Made by a program: the position numbers and the translations under genes. The notes under the pieces are model-generated. The model saw nothing but the letters and a program-made list of their open reading frames with translations, was not told the DNA's origin and searched no databases. This document shows positions 1-9,330 of a DNA stretch of 29,742 nucleotides, in pieces (the first letter of the stretch is position 1; each line of letters begins with the position of its first letter). This DNA is from Nitrospinales bacterium (GTDB lineage Bacteria; Nitrospinota; Nitrospinia; Nitrospinales; JAJDAT01), in the NCBI GenBank assembly GCA_046757665.1, contig JBHHYO010000032.1:1-29742 (forward strand), given 5' to 3'.

Positions 1-577
1 TTAAAAAAGCGCTTTCTGATTTATTGTTTGGCTGGAGTTTTTCTGCCCAACTTCGTCCGGGGTGTAAAACATCCCAAGCGGACCGTTGCTGGTTGTGCCT
101 TCCCTTGCCAGGGTCATGATTTCCAAATCCATCGATCATTTTATTCCAAAGAGGCGAGAGCATTTCTATCAGAAGGGATTCGCCAAGTGGGATCCAGATA
201 TCGTCCACGACCAAATAACGACAAGAAAAGTCGCTTATTTTTAAATTTTTTGTGTTCTCGATTGAATCGGCATGCTCCGACAAGCGTTTAAAAAGGACAT
301 TTCCCGGTGGAGTGTTCAAACCAAATCCACCTTTTCTTGCCCCAGGAGGAACCGCTTTACCGACATAAATTGGAGCCTCGAATTTTTCGTTTTTGTTTCG
401 CTCCGTGATCGGCTGGTATGCGGGATAGTCGCCAACATAATAAATCGCATATATTCCCGCGCCAACAAAAGCCTTCTCTGGCGGTAGCAGGGTCATAGGT
501 TGCAAAAGCAACGCATCGGCTACGCTGACGCCAAGATTTTTCTTGTCTAATGGATTATAAGGCGTTTCCTCTTTCAA
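1..577 (-). CDS. Eco29kI-family GIY-YIG type II restriction endonuclease (3' end truncated by window edge)
   Basis: Not in the ORF track; hand-translated. TTG start at 577 overlaps the MTase stop (TTGA), with AAGGAG upstream. Reads MKEETPYNPLDKKNLGVSVADALL...GAGIYAIYYVGD...PIYVGKAVPPGARKGG...KRLSEHADSI...DDIWIPLGESLLI...PLWNKMIDGFGNHDPGKGR...SAWDVLHPGRSWA and is open to base 1. GIY...YVG, the conserved Arg/Glu and GFGNHDPG match my recollection of the Eco29kI/Cfr42I family. Confidence 0.9.
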   Translation of the reverse strand, partial: MKEETPYNPLDKKNLGVSVADALLLQPMTLLPPEKAFVGAGIYAIYYVGDYPAYQPITERNKNEKFEAPIYVGKAVPPGARKGGFGLNTPPGNVLFKRLSEHADSIENTKNLKISDFSCRYLVVDDIWIPLGESLLIEMLSPLWNKMIDGFGNHDPGKGRHNQQRSAWDVLHPGRSWAEKLQPNNKSESAFL

Positions 578-1761
578 AGGGATTGTTGCTCCTTTTTTAG
601 TTTTAAGAGGTTTTTTTGTATTTTTGTTGCGATTACTTCCGCCAAGGTGACAGGAACCGCGTTACCTAGTTGCCGCATTGTCTCGGTCCAGGAACCTTGA
701 AAGACAAAGTTATCCGGAAAAGTTTGCAGTCTTGCACATTCACGTACGGTAAAATACCGGACCTCGCCGTTAGGATAAGCCAGCATATTTTCTCCGCCGG
801 GGACCCCATGATCTCCCGCTTTAAGGGTTTTCGCGGGTTCATCGAACGGGCTACCCGTATGGCCTTTATAAACTTTTGCTCCCGGATTAAAACGATGATT
901 CGGAATTTTTGTGTCTGAATATTTTTTGGGGTTGGGCAAATCCGAAATAGCGTCTCTTACCGTTACCCAAGGTTTTCCCGGAGGTTTAAAAAGCGATGAT
1001 CTTAAACGGTCTACACGAGATTTAATCCTTGCCGGTAACTTCGGGCGATCTTTTTTGGGGATACCATGTTTTTCCCAATAGTCCATTGTTGTCCATTGAT
1101 TCCAAAGCAAGGCATCTTGAGAGTGTGTTGGTTCGGGAAATGACCATTTCACGCCCAAATCGGATCTGAATCCCACGATGAATACCCTCTCACGGCGCTG
1201 GGGAATCCCATAATCGGCGGCTTTTAAAAGGCGAAAAACAACTTGATAGGAAAGACCTCGATTAAAACCCCCCGTATGATGGCGTTCCAAGCGGGATAAA
1301 TGGCGAAACCATTTTTCGTGTTTCTTGCGAGCAATTTCCGGATAAGTCAACTGCAAGATGATATATTCAAAATAATCCGAGAAGGATTGCCGTAACAAAC
1401 CCTTGACATTTTCAATAAGAATGGCCTTCGGTTTTAGTTCTCGAACGGCTCGGAAGACCTCGGGAAAAAGATTCCTAGCATCCGTGTGGCCACGATGCTT
1501 GCCGCCCAGGGAGAAAGGTTGGCAAGGAGGCCCCCCCGCCAAGAGATCAATATCCTCATCAATTCTTGTGAAATCAAATTTGGCGATATCTGTTTGATAT
1601 AGAGGCCAATCAATTAATGGGTTGAGATTCCGGAGTTGATTTTCACGAATGGTATGGCACGCATATTTATCCCAGTCAACAACCGCTTCGTGGTGGAATC
1701 CAGCCTTGGAAACACCCATCGCCAAACCGCCACCTCCCGTGAAGAGTTCCACCGATCTCAT
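574..1761 (-). CDS. DNA (cytosine-5)-methyltransferase, cognate of the adjacent endonuclease
   Basis: C5-MTase motifs in canonical order: ELFTGGGG (I), GGPPCQPFS (IV, catalytic Cys), ENV (VI), PQRRERVF (VIII), RECARLQTFP (IX), QLGNAVP (X). Confidence 0.97.
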   Translation of the reverse strand: MRSVELFTGGGGLAMGVSKAGFHHEAVVDWDKYACHTIRENQLRNLNPLIDWPLYQTDIAKFDFTRIDEDIDLLAGGPPCQPFSLGGKHRGHTDARNLFPEVFRAVRELKPKAILIENVKGLLRQSFSDYFEYIILQLTYPEIARKKHEKWFRHLSRLERHHTGGFNRGLSYQVVFRLLKAADYGIPQRRERVFIVGFRSDLGVKWSFPEPTHSQDALLWNQWTTMDYWEKHGIPKKDRPKLPARIKSRVDRLRSSLFKPPGKPWVTVRDAISDLPNPKKYSDTKIPNHRFNPGAKVYKGHTGSPFDEPAKTLKAGDHGVPGGENMLAYPNGEVRYFTVRECARLQTFPDNFVFQGSWTETMRQLGNAVPVTLAEVIATKIQKNLLKLKKEQQSL

Positions 1762-2171
1762 TTTTTATCCTCCAGATAGTCCACAATCCGCTTAGATAAC
1801 TTCTCCTTGTTCTTCAATTCACATTCCCAAATAATCAGGAAATCCCACCCCATTTTTCTTAACTGGATTTGATTTTTAACGTCTCTTTTCCTGTTCCCAT
1901 TGAGCTTGGGCAACCAAAAGTCCAACTTGGTTTTGGGGGGACGGTCGTTGCAACATTTTTTATGGCGATGCCAAAAACAACCATGAACAAATATAACCTT
2001 TCTTCGCCTCGAAAACACCAAGTCTGGGCATCCGGGAAGCTTTCTTGAATGCAAACGAAATCGAAAACCCAAACCGTGAGTCATTCGGCGTACGACAATT
2101 TCTGGTTTGGTGTCTTTCGCTCGGATACGACTCATCCTCTCACTTCTTTGTCGGGGAGTAAGGGTATCCAT
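1758..2171 (-). CDS. vsr: Very-short-patch repair (G:T mismatch) endonuclease
   Basis: MDTLT..RSERMSRIRAKDTKPE, PDLVF, FVHGCFWHRH, IIWECE. Start placed at ATG 2171 (track uses TTG 2186). Stop overlaps the MTase start (ATGA). Confidence 0.95.
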   Translation of the reverse strand: MDTLTPRQRSERMSRIRAKDTKPEIVVRRMTHGLGFRFRLHSRKLPGCPDLVFSRRRKVIFVHGCFWHRHKKCCNDRPPKTKLDFWLPKLNGNRKRDVKNQIQLRKMGWDFLIIWECELKNKEKLSKRIVDYLEDKK

Positions 2172-2322
2172 GGTCCATGTTTGCAACTTAGGCGGTATAA
2201 TTACCCCTTAAGCAATCTTAAAATTTTAATCTATGGTTATCAAGGTGAAAAGTTTTAGGCGGCTATCTGTTTAGGAATAAAGAATGGGATTGAATCAGGA
2301 AAAATCGAAAAATATCAAGGGG

Positions 2323-3573
2323 CTACCCGGAGAAAAGCTTGACCGCCTTGCGCAGGCTGGTTGCCAGGGCATCCAGTTCCGCGGGTTTGTTGTAAAACGA
2401 CATGGAGGCCCGGGCGGTGGCCGGGACGCCGAACCGCGTCATGGTCGGTTGCGCGCAATGGTGTCCGCCTCGCAGTTCGATTCCGTCCTGGTCGAGCAGG
2501 GTTACAATGTCATGGGGATGGATGGCGTCATGGATGAATGAAATGATGGCGGCCTTGTGCCGGGCGGCGCCGATGATACGCAGGCCGGGGATGTCCTGAA
2601 GCAGTCGGGTGCCGTAATCGAGCAAGGTTTGTTCGTATTCGCAAATCGTGTCCAAACCGATGCCCTGAATATAATCAATAGCTTCCCCCAGTCCGATGAC
2701 CTGGGTGATGGGTGGGGTGCCGGCCTCGAATTTCGCCGGCGGCTTGGCGTAGGTGGTTTTTTCCAGCTTCACTTGCAGGATCATGTCGCCGCCAGTGACG
2801 TAGGGCGGCATGGCCTCCAAAAGTTCCATCCGGGCATACAGCCCGCCGACGCCGCTGGGACCGTACATTTTATGGCCGGAGAACGTGTAAAAATCGCAGT
2901 CCAGGTCCGCTACGTTTATTTTCAAATGCGGAGCGCTTTGTGCGCCGTCAATCAAAACCCTGGCGCCCGCCGCCCGGGCCTTGGCCGTGATCTCCTTGAC
3001 CGGGTTGATGGTTCCCAGGGCGTTGGAGACATGAGTCACCGCCACCAGCCGGGTTTTCTCGCTCAATAATTTTTCGTACTCCTCCAGGATGAGTTCGCCG
3101 TCGTCGTTGACGGGAATGACTCTCAGCCTCGCGCCCCTTTCCTCGCACAACACCTGCCAGGGCACGATGTTGGCGTGGTGTTCGATGGTGGAAATGATGA
3201 TCTCGTCCCCGGCTTGAATGAATTTGCGTCCGAAGCTGTAGGCGACGAGGTTGATCGCCTGGGTGGTTCCGCTGGTGAAAATGATTTCGTTTTTATCGGC
3301 GGCGCCCAGCAGACCGGCCACTTTGCTACGGGTCTCCTCGTAGAGCCGCGTGGAATCCTCGCACAGCTTGTAGGCGCCGCGCCGCACCGTGCCGTATTCC
3401 TCGGACTCGAAGCGATGGATGCGGTTGATCACTCTCCAGGGTTTTTGCGTCGTCGCCCCGTTATCCAGGTACACCAGGGGTTTGCCGTGGATGGTCCTGG
3501 ATAGCACGGGAAAATCCCCACGAACCTTATCCACGTCGAATTTGTTTTCCAAAAGCGTGTTGGAATCAGGCAT
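2323..3573 (-). CDS. sufS: Group II cysteine desulfurase
   Basis: YLDNGATTQKP, PLP-lysine motif FSGHKMYGP, catalytic RGGHHCAQP; follows sufD. Confidence 0.96.
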   Translation of the reverse strand: MPDSNTLLENKFDVDKVRGDFPVLSRTIHGKPLVYLDNGATTQKPWRVINRIHRFESEEYGTVRRGAYKLCEDSTRLYEETRSKVAGLLGAADKNEIIFTSGTTQAINLVAYSFGRKFIQAGDEIIISTIEHHANIVPWQVLCEERGARLRVIPVNDDGELILEEYEKLLSEKTRLVAVTHVSNALGTINPVKEITAKARAAGARVLIDGAQSAPHLKINVADLDCDFYTFSGHKMYGPSGVGGLYARMELLEAMPPYVTGGDMILQVKLEKTTYAKPPAKFEAGTPPITQVIGLGEAIDYIQGIGLDTICEYEQTLLDYGTRLLQDIPGLRIIGAARHKAAIISFIHDAIHPHDIVTLLDQDGIELRGGHHCAQPTMTRFGVPATARASMSFYNKPAELDALATSLRKAVKLFSG

Positions 3574-4888
3574 GGTTTACCTCCAGTTTTTTCAGGAGGG
3601 TGTTTTCGAGGTCGTTTCTTACCGATGGAAACTCAATGGTCTCCACAAGACTTGCGGCAAAACTTTTGGTCAGCAGAGTCTGGGCGATTTCCTGGGACAG
3701 GCCGCGGGTTTTCAAATAAAACAACTGCTCCTCATCCACCTGGCCAACGGTGTTGCCGTGGGTGCATTTGACGTCGTCGGCGTAAATCATCAAATTGGGT
3801 TTGCTGTCGGCGCGGGCATCGTCGCTCAATACCAGATTGTTGATCAACTGGTCGGAAACGGTCAACTGCGAGTCTTTTTCGACGATGACGGTGCCGTCCA
3901 CGCTCGAGCGGCTTTTGTCGTTGACAACGTTTTTGAAGACCTGGTTGCTCGTGCACTGGGGGGCCGCGTGCACCACCTTGATGTAATTATGCACCTGTTC
4001 CTCGCCCTGCAAAACACTCAGTCCGTTCAGGCGCAGTTCCGCGCCGCTTTCATTCAAATGCACGTCGTAATGATGGCGCGTCAGCTTACTGCCGGAAGAA
4101 GCGTTGGAAGCCGTGAACCGGCTGTCGCGGCGCAGGACGACCCGGTTCTTGGAAAAATGCCGGGCGCTCCCGGCATCCTCCTGCACCTGCGTGAAGGTGA
4201 GACAAGCGCCTTGCTCCAAAATAAAATCCTGTACGCTGTTGACGAAATAATTGCCCTGCAAACCGGCGTACTTGACGATCAGCTTGACTTCCGCCAGAGG
4301 GGCCGCGTGAAACAGCAGTCGGGGAGCGGTCATCACCGGATCGGATGCCGAGCCCGTGGATAGATGTAGAATCTGTAGCGGAACGGCAAAACGCGCATTG
4401 GCCCCGATGCGAATAACCGGGCATTGGCTGAAAAAAGCGCTGTTGATCGCGGCGAAGGCGTCGTTTTCCTCGTCGATACTTTCCTTTAAATAATTTTCGA
4501 TGTCGGAATCCGCCGCCAGGGCATCTTCAACACTCAGGATGTTGAAGGCGGAAGACAGGGCGGAAGTGTCCGAAAGGTCGGGCTGGTATCGACCGTCCAC
4601 CAGAACGATGAAGCTCTTTTCGCACTCCTTGTAAACGTGTCTTGCGACGGAGTCCCTGGAGGCCCCGTTCCCCGAACGGTACTCAAAAAGAGTGGCCGCC
4701 AGCTCCCCGGTGCTCAGAAACGTAAACATCTCATGTTTCCGGTGAGGAAACCCGACCCGCTCGAATCGCCTGATGCCGGATTCGTTCAAGGCCAGCAGGC
4801 GCGGAGAAGGGGAGGTTTCCCGCAGAAACTTTTTATGATTTTCCAGCACCGCGGATTCGGCGGTTATTTCGGCGACTGAACCGGGCAT
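3566..4888 (-). CDS. sufD: Fe-S cluster assembly protein SufD
   Basis: SKPNLMIYADDVKCTHGNTVGQVDEEQLFYLKTRGL C-terminal signature; lies between sufC and sufS. Confidence 0.94.
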   Translation of the reverse strand: MPGSVAEITAESAVLENHKKFLRETSPSPRLLALNESGIRRFERVGFPHRKHEMFTFLSTGELAATLFEYRSGNGASRDSVARHVYKECEKSFIVLVDGRYQPDLSDTSALSSAFNILSVEDALAADSDIENYLKESIDEENDAFAAINSAFFSQCPVIRIGANARFAVPLQILHLSTGSASDPVMTAPRLLFHAAPLAEVKLIVKYAGLQGNYFVNSVQDFILEQGACLTFTQVQEDAGSARHFSKNRVVLRRDSRFTASNASSGSKLTRHHYDVHLNESGAELRLNGLSVLQGEEQVHNYIKVVHAAPQCTSNQVFKNVVNDKSRSSVDGTVIVEKDSQLTVSDQLINNLVLSDDARADSKPNLMIYADDVKCTHGNTVGQVDEEQLFYLKTRGLSQEIAQTLLTKSFAASLVETIEFPSVRNDLENTLLKKLEVNHA

Positions 4889-4896
4889 GGCGCTCC

Positions 4897-5643
4897 TCAG
4901 TTGGTGATGACGTATTGGTCGTAGCCGCGTTTTTCCAGATCGTGGGCCAATTCCTTGCCGCCGGTTTCAACAATTTTCCCGTGGCTCAGAACGTGCACAA
5001 AATGCGGCTGAATATATTCCAGTAGCCGCTGGTAATGCGTGATGACCAGCAGTGCCTTGTCCTTGTTGAATAACGTGTTGACGCCCCTGGCGACGATTCT
5101 CAGGGCGTCGATGTCCAGACCGGAGTCGGTTTCATCCAAAACCGCCAGCTGGGGCTCGAGAACCGCCATTTGCAGAATTTCATTCTTCTTTTTTTCGCCG
5201 CCGGAAAAACCGTCGTTGAGAAAGCGGTCCTTGTATTTCGGGTCCATTTCGACCAGTTGCATTTTCTCGTCGAGAATTTCGTCGAAATCGAGAGGGTCCA
5301 CTTCTTCCAGGCCCTGATGAACCCGCTTGGCGTTATAGGCCATGCGAAGAAACTCGGCGTTGTTCACGCCGGGAATTTCCACCGGGTACTGGAAGCCGAG
5401 AAAAATTCCTTCAAGCGCCCGTTGCTCGGCGCTCAGGTCGAACAGGTTTTTTCCGTTGTAGGTGATCTCGCCCTGGGTGGCCGTGTGGGAGGGATGGCCG
5501 GCAAGGACCTTGGCCAAGGTGCTTTTACCGGAGCCGTTAGGCCCCATGATGGCGTGAATTTCCCCGGCGCTTATGGAGAGGGAAATCCCCTTGACGATTT
5601 CGGTTCCTTCAAATCCCGCGTGCAAATTCTTGATTTCCAGCAT
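4897..5643 (-). CDS. sufC: Fe-S assembly ABC-type ATPase SufC
   Basis: Walker A GPNGSGKST, FQYPVEIPGV, FSGGEKKKNEILQM, LDETDSGLDIDAL, ITHYQRLL. Confidence 0.97.
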   Translation of the reverse strand: MLEIKNLHAGFEGTEIVKGISLSISAGEIHAIMGPNGSGKSTLAKVLAGHPSHTATQGEITYNGKNLFDLSAEQRALEGIFLGFQYPVEIPGVNNAEFLRMAYNAKRVHQGLEEVDPLDFDEILDEKMQLVEMDPKYKDRFLNDGFSGGEKKKNEILQMAVLEPQLAVLDETDSGLDIDALRIVARGVNTLFNKDKALLVITHYQRLLEYIQPHFVHVLSHGKIVETGGKELAHDLEKRGYDQYVITN

Positions 5644-5736
5644 GAATCCTCTTTCTAAAATGAAGCATTAAAATTGCGGAGCCGCGAGAAAAGAATCCTC
5701 CGGTTTTTCTCCGTGTTCCGGTTGTCCGAGGGTTGG

Positions 5737-7191
5737 CTAGCCGACGCTGTTTTCAAGTTTCAGGGTCAGCAGTTTTTGCGCTTCCACGGCGAATTCCATG
5801 GGGAGTTGCTTGAAAACTTCCTTGCAGAAACCATTGATGACCAGCGTGATGGCGTTTTCCCGCGAGATTCCCCGCTGTTCCAGATAGAACAGTTGGTCTT
5901 CACTGATCTTTGAGGTGGAAGCTTCGTGTTCCAACTGGACGGCGCTGTTGGCCGTTTCGATATAGGGGAAGGTGTGGGCGCTACATTGGTCGCCCACCAA
6001 CATGCTGTCGCACTGCGTATAATTGCGGGCGCCGACGGCGTTTTTACCGACCTTCACCAGGCCGCGGTAGCTGTTGCTGGAATGGTCGGCCGATATGCCC
6101 TTGGAAATGATGCTGGAGCGGGTGTTGTTGCCGAGATGGATCATCTTGGTCCCGGTGTCGGCCTGCATGTAGCCGTTGGTCAGGGCGACGGAATAAAATT
6201 CGCCGACCGAATTGTCCCCTTGCAGGATGCAACTGGGATATTTCCAGGTGATGGCCGAGCCGGTTTCCACCTGCGTCCAGGAAATCTTGGAATTTTTCCC
6301 CTGGCATTTGCCGCGCTTGGTGACGAAATTATAAATCCCGCCCTTGCCCGTTTCCGGATCGCCGGCGTACCAGTTTTGCACGGTGCTGTACTTGATCTCG
6401 GCGTTATCGTGGGTGATCAGTTCCACCACCGCGGCGTGCAGTTGATTGGTGTCGAACTGCGGGGCGGTGCACCCTTCCAGATAGGAAACGTAGCTGTTCT
6501 CCGAACAGATAATCAGCGTTCTTTCAAATTGGCCGGTCTCCTCGGTATTGATGCGGAAATAGGTGGACAACTCCAGCGGACAGCGCGTGTCCGGCGGAAT
6601 GTAAACGAAAGACCCGTCGGTAAAGACGGCGCTGTTCAGGGCGGCGTAAAAATTGTCCCCGGTCGGCACCACCGAGCCGATATATTCCTCGACCAGTTCG
6701 GGGTATTCCTGCAAGGCCTCGGAAAAGGAGCAAAAGATGATCCCCTGTTCCAGAAGTTTTTTCTTGTGCGTTGTGGCGACGCTCACACTGTCGAAAACCG
6801 CGTCCACCGCCACGTTGGAGAGACGTTTTTGCTCTTCCAGGGTGATGCCCAGTTTTTCGAAAGTTTGCAGGATCTCCGGGTCCACCTCATCCAGGCTCGC
6901 CAGTTTTTTCTTGGGCTTGGGCGCCGAATAATACGATATGTTCTGGTAGTCGATTCGCGGATAGTGAACGTTCGGCCATTTCGGTTCCTTCATGGTCAGC
7001 CATTTGCGGTAGGCCTTGAGCCGGAAATCCAGCATGAATTCGGGCTCCTTTTTCTTCCTGGACAAGGCGCGGATGATATCCTCGTTCAAGCCCTTGGCAA
7101 AGGTGTCGGCCTCCACGTTCGTGGTGAAGCCGAACTTGTATTCGTTTTTTTCTAAAACGTCCGAGACGTTTGTTGCGCTTGCCGGTTTCAT
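5737..7191 (-). CDS. sufB: Fe-S cluster assembly scaffold SufB
   Basis: [57 protein letters not shown]. Start moved to ATG 7191 ([13 protein letters not shown] upstream), giving 484 aa; the track's 7401 start overlaps the upstream gene. Confidence 0.97.
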   Translation of the reverse strand: MKPASATNVSDVLEKNEYKFGFTTNVEADTFAKGLNEDIIRALSRKKKEPEFMLDFRLKAYRKWLTMKEPKWPNVHYPRIDYQNISYYSAPKPKKKLASLDEVDPEILQTFEKLGITLEEQKRLSNVAVDAVFDSVSVATTHKKKLLEQGIIFCSFSEALQEYPELVEEYIGSVVPTGDNFYAALNSAVFTDGSFVYIPPDTRCPLELSTYFRINTEETGQFERTLIICSENSYVSYLEGCTAPQFDTNQLHAAVVELITHDNAEIKYSTVQNWYAGDPETGKGGIYNFVTKRGKCQGKNSKISWTQVETGSAITWKYPSCILQGDNSVGEFYSVALTNGYMQADTGTKMIHLGNNTRSSIISKGISADHSSNSYRGLVKVGKNAVGARNYTQCDSMLVGDQCSAHTFPYIETANSAVQLEHEASTSKISEDQLFYLEQRGISRENAITLVINGFCKEVFKQLPMEFAVEAQKLLTLKLENSVG

Positions 7192-7222
7192 TTTTTCCTT
7201 GTCTCCCGTCAATACGGGAAGT

Positions 7223-7969
7223 TTAGATGTACCCGTTTGGGATAACGACCAAATCCTTGTAGATGTCGTTGCGTAGGGTTTGTTCGATAAAAGAGAGCGT
7301 TGCGCCGATGGAGGAGCCGCAGTTTCCACAGGCTCCCTGGTACTGAATGATGATTTTTTTACCGTCGATAACGTTGACGACTTCCACGTTGCCTCCGTCA
7401 TTTATCAAGGCTTGGCGGATTTTTTCGTCCAGAACCAGATCGACCTGCTCGATTTGCTCCTCCTTGCTCAAGCCAAGCCATGCTTGCTCGGCCATCGACA
7501 ATTCGGCGAATGAGGGGGCGCCCTGGTTTTCCTTGACGGCGCCGCCGGCCTGGGCCACGGCCTTGGCCGCGGGATATTCGCTCTCGACGATTTTCAGCAG
7601 GGCTTCGATGCTCTCAAAGGCCTGGATTTTGGATTGCGGAACCGAGGGGACTTCCGGGTCGTCGCGGAGCCGCCGCTCCACGTCCTCGGCAAGTAGCGAA
7701 CAGGCTTCCTGGAGAGTCAGCCCCTCGACCATTGAGCACAGGGTCTCCCCGATGGCCAGCGACACCTTGCCGCCATAGGCAAAAAATCGCGCACTGTAAA
7801 TCCTGTCTTCCTGGATATCCACCAGCCAGTAAAGTTTGCTGTCCTTATATTTGGCCTGAACCAGGGCCATGCCCTTTTCGGCGGCATCTTCCTGATACCA
7901 CGCTCCCCGGTGTTGGGGATTGGCCGCGGTTTCCTCGAATTTTTTGGAAAACTGTTCTTCGACGATCAT
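7223..7969 (-). CDS. NifU-like protein: degenerate U-type (IscU-like) N-terminal domain plus C-terminal Nfu domain
   Basis: C-terminal [15 protein letters not shown]...[11 protein letters not shown] is an Nfu domain with CxxC. N-terminal NPQHRG...KLYWLVD...SARFFAYG...[10 protein letters not shown] follows the IscU pattern. First gene of the suf operon. Confidence 0.85.
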   Translation of the reverse strand: MIVEEQFSKKFEETAANPQHRGAWYQEDAAEKGMALVQAKYKDSKLYWLVDIQEDRIYSARFFAYGGKVSLAIGETLCSMVEGLTLQEACSLLAEDVERRLRDDPEVPSVPQSKIQAFESIEALLKIVESEYPAAKAVAQAGGAVKENQGAPSFAELSMAEQAWLGLSKEEQIEQVDLVLDEKIRQALINDGGNVEVVNVIDGKKIIIQYQGACGNCGSSIGATLSFIEQTLRNDIYKDLVVIPNGYI

Positions 7970-8159
7970 AATTAAAAAACCTTTCGGGGTTTAGATGCGG
8001 AAAAACCGCCTCCGTTGCCAGCTTTCTTCTAAATTATCCTTTCGAGCCAGCCTCACTTAAATATTAACAACATTTCAAAATATTACCAAATAGAAAACAG
8101 GTGAACGGAATACGGCGGACCACTGAAAAAATCGCCGCAAGCGGCAGTTTCCACTATTC

Positions 8160-8190
8160 TTGTAGATAATTCCGCCGGAAAGGCTATAAT
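8160..8190 (+). promoter_or_regulatory. Candidate sigma70 promoter for moaA
   Basis: Perfect TATAAT at 8185-8190; weak -35 (TTGTAG 8160-8165, 19-nt spacer). Confidence 0.45.
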
Positions 8191-8299
8191 TTAAACATGC
8201 CGGTTGACGAGCCGATTGCCCGGCGAAGCCAATGGCGCGATCGGAGGGGATGGCCGACGAGGTAGCGCGCCCCCGAACCTGCCGTAACAGGAGCTTGAC

Positions 8300-9322
8300 A
8301 TGAGCGATTTGACGGAATCGAAAACACCCGAAAGACCCGTGTTGATGGACGCGATGGGAAGAACCATCATCAACATGCGGATTTCCGTGACCGACCGATG
8401 TAATTTCCGTTGCACTTACTGTATGCCCGCGGATAACGTGGAATTCATGGACCGCGGCAATCTGCTGACGTTCGAGGAGTTGGCCCGCGTGGTCCGCGTC
8501 GTCGCCGGAATGGGGATCCATCGTATCCGGCTGACTGGCGGCGAACCCCTCATGCGGAGAGACCTGCCGAATTTGATCCGCATGATCTGCGGCGTGGAGG
8601 GAATAGACGATGTCGCCATGACCACCAACGCCTTTTTCCTTAAAGAACACGCCCGCGCTCTGCTGGATGCCGGACTGCGGCGGCTGAACATCAGCCTCGA
8701 TGCCCTGGACCCGGAAAAATTCAAACACGTAAACCGCAGAGATTGCCTCAACGAGGTGATGGCGGGGCTCGCCGAGGCGGCCCGCGTCGGATTCGACTCA
8801 ATCAAGATCAACGCCGTGGCGATTCGCAATTTCTCCGAAAGCGAGATCATGAAGCTTGTCGAACTTGGGCGGTCGGAGGGCTTTGAGATTCGTTTCATAG
8901 AATTCATGCCCCTGGATGCCGACCGGGCCTGGGAACGGGAAAAGGTCCTTTTCGGCGCGGAAATTATCGACATGATCCGGGAAAAATACGAGCTGGCTCC
9001 CATCGAAAATTCCCTGGAAATCGGCCCGGCCAGCGAATATCGTTTTGCCGACGGCAAAGGCAAGATCGGCATTATCACCGCCGTCAGCAATCCATTTTGC
9101 GATCATTGCAACCGCATCCGCCTGACCGCCGACGGTAAACTGCGTACCTGCCTGTTCTCCACCAACGAGCATGACCTGAAAACGTTAATCCGCTCCGGCG
9201 CCGGCGACGCGGAAATTTCCGACACCATTCGCCGTGCAGTGCAGGTCAAGGAACCCGGACACAAAATTAATCTGGACGGCTTTGAACAACCCAGACGGGC
9301 GATGCACGCTATCGGGGGGTAA
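8300..9322 (+). CDS. moaA: GTP 3',8-cyclase (radical SAM, molybdenum cofactor biosynthesis)
   Basis: RISVTDRCNFRCTYCMP (CxxxCxxC), RLTGGEP, RFIEFMP, FCDHCNRIRLTADGKLRTCLF, C-terminal IGG; AGGAG RBS. Confidence 0.97.
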   Translation: MSDLTESKTPERPVLMDAMGRTIINMRISVTDRCNFRCTYCMPADNVEFMDRGNLLTFEELARVVRVVAGMGIHRIRLTGGEPLMRRDLPNLIRMICGVEGIDDVAMTTNAFFLKEHARALLDAGLRRLNISLDALDPEKFKHVNRRDCLNEVMAGLAEAARVGFDSIKINAVAIRNFSESEIMKLVELGRSEGFEIRFIEFMPLDADRAWEREKVLFGAEIIDMIREKYELAPIENSLEIGPASEYRFADGKGKIGIITAVSNPFCDHCNRIRLTADGKLRTCLFSTNEHDLKTLIRSGAGDAEISDTIRRAVQVKEPGHKINLDGFEQPRRAMHAIGG

Positions 9323-9330
9323 TCCGCAAC

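Noticed and set aside
28..487. Plus-strand ORFs 28-291 and 272-487
   Set aside because: Antisense to the GIY-YIG endonuclease frame; no recognisable motifs.
3389..7155. Long plus-strand ORFs (3389-4363, 5170-5658, 5926-7155)
   Set aside because: Antisense shadows of sufD, sufC and sufB, typical of GC-rich coding DNA.
7192..7401. 70-aa N-terminal extension of SufB, or an intein/fusion in SufB
   Set aside because: The extension overlaps the NifU-like gene in another frame; ATG 7191 has an RBS and gives a normal-length SufB with no insertion.
8197..8299. Assigning the moaA leader to TPP, SAM-I, fluoride or guanidine riboswitch families
   Set aside because: Only fragments resemble them (GAACCTG; GGAGGGGATGGCC; GACGAGG); core motifs such as CUGAGA or GCUGAUGAC are missing. 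Kept only as an unassigned candidate.
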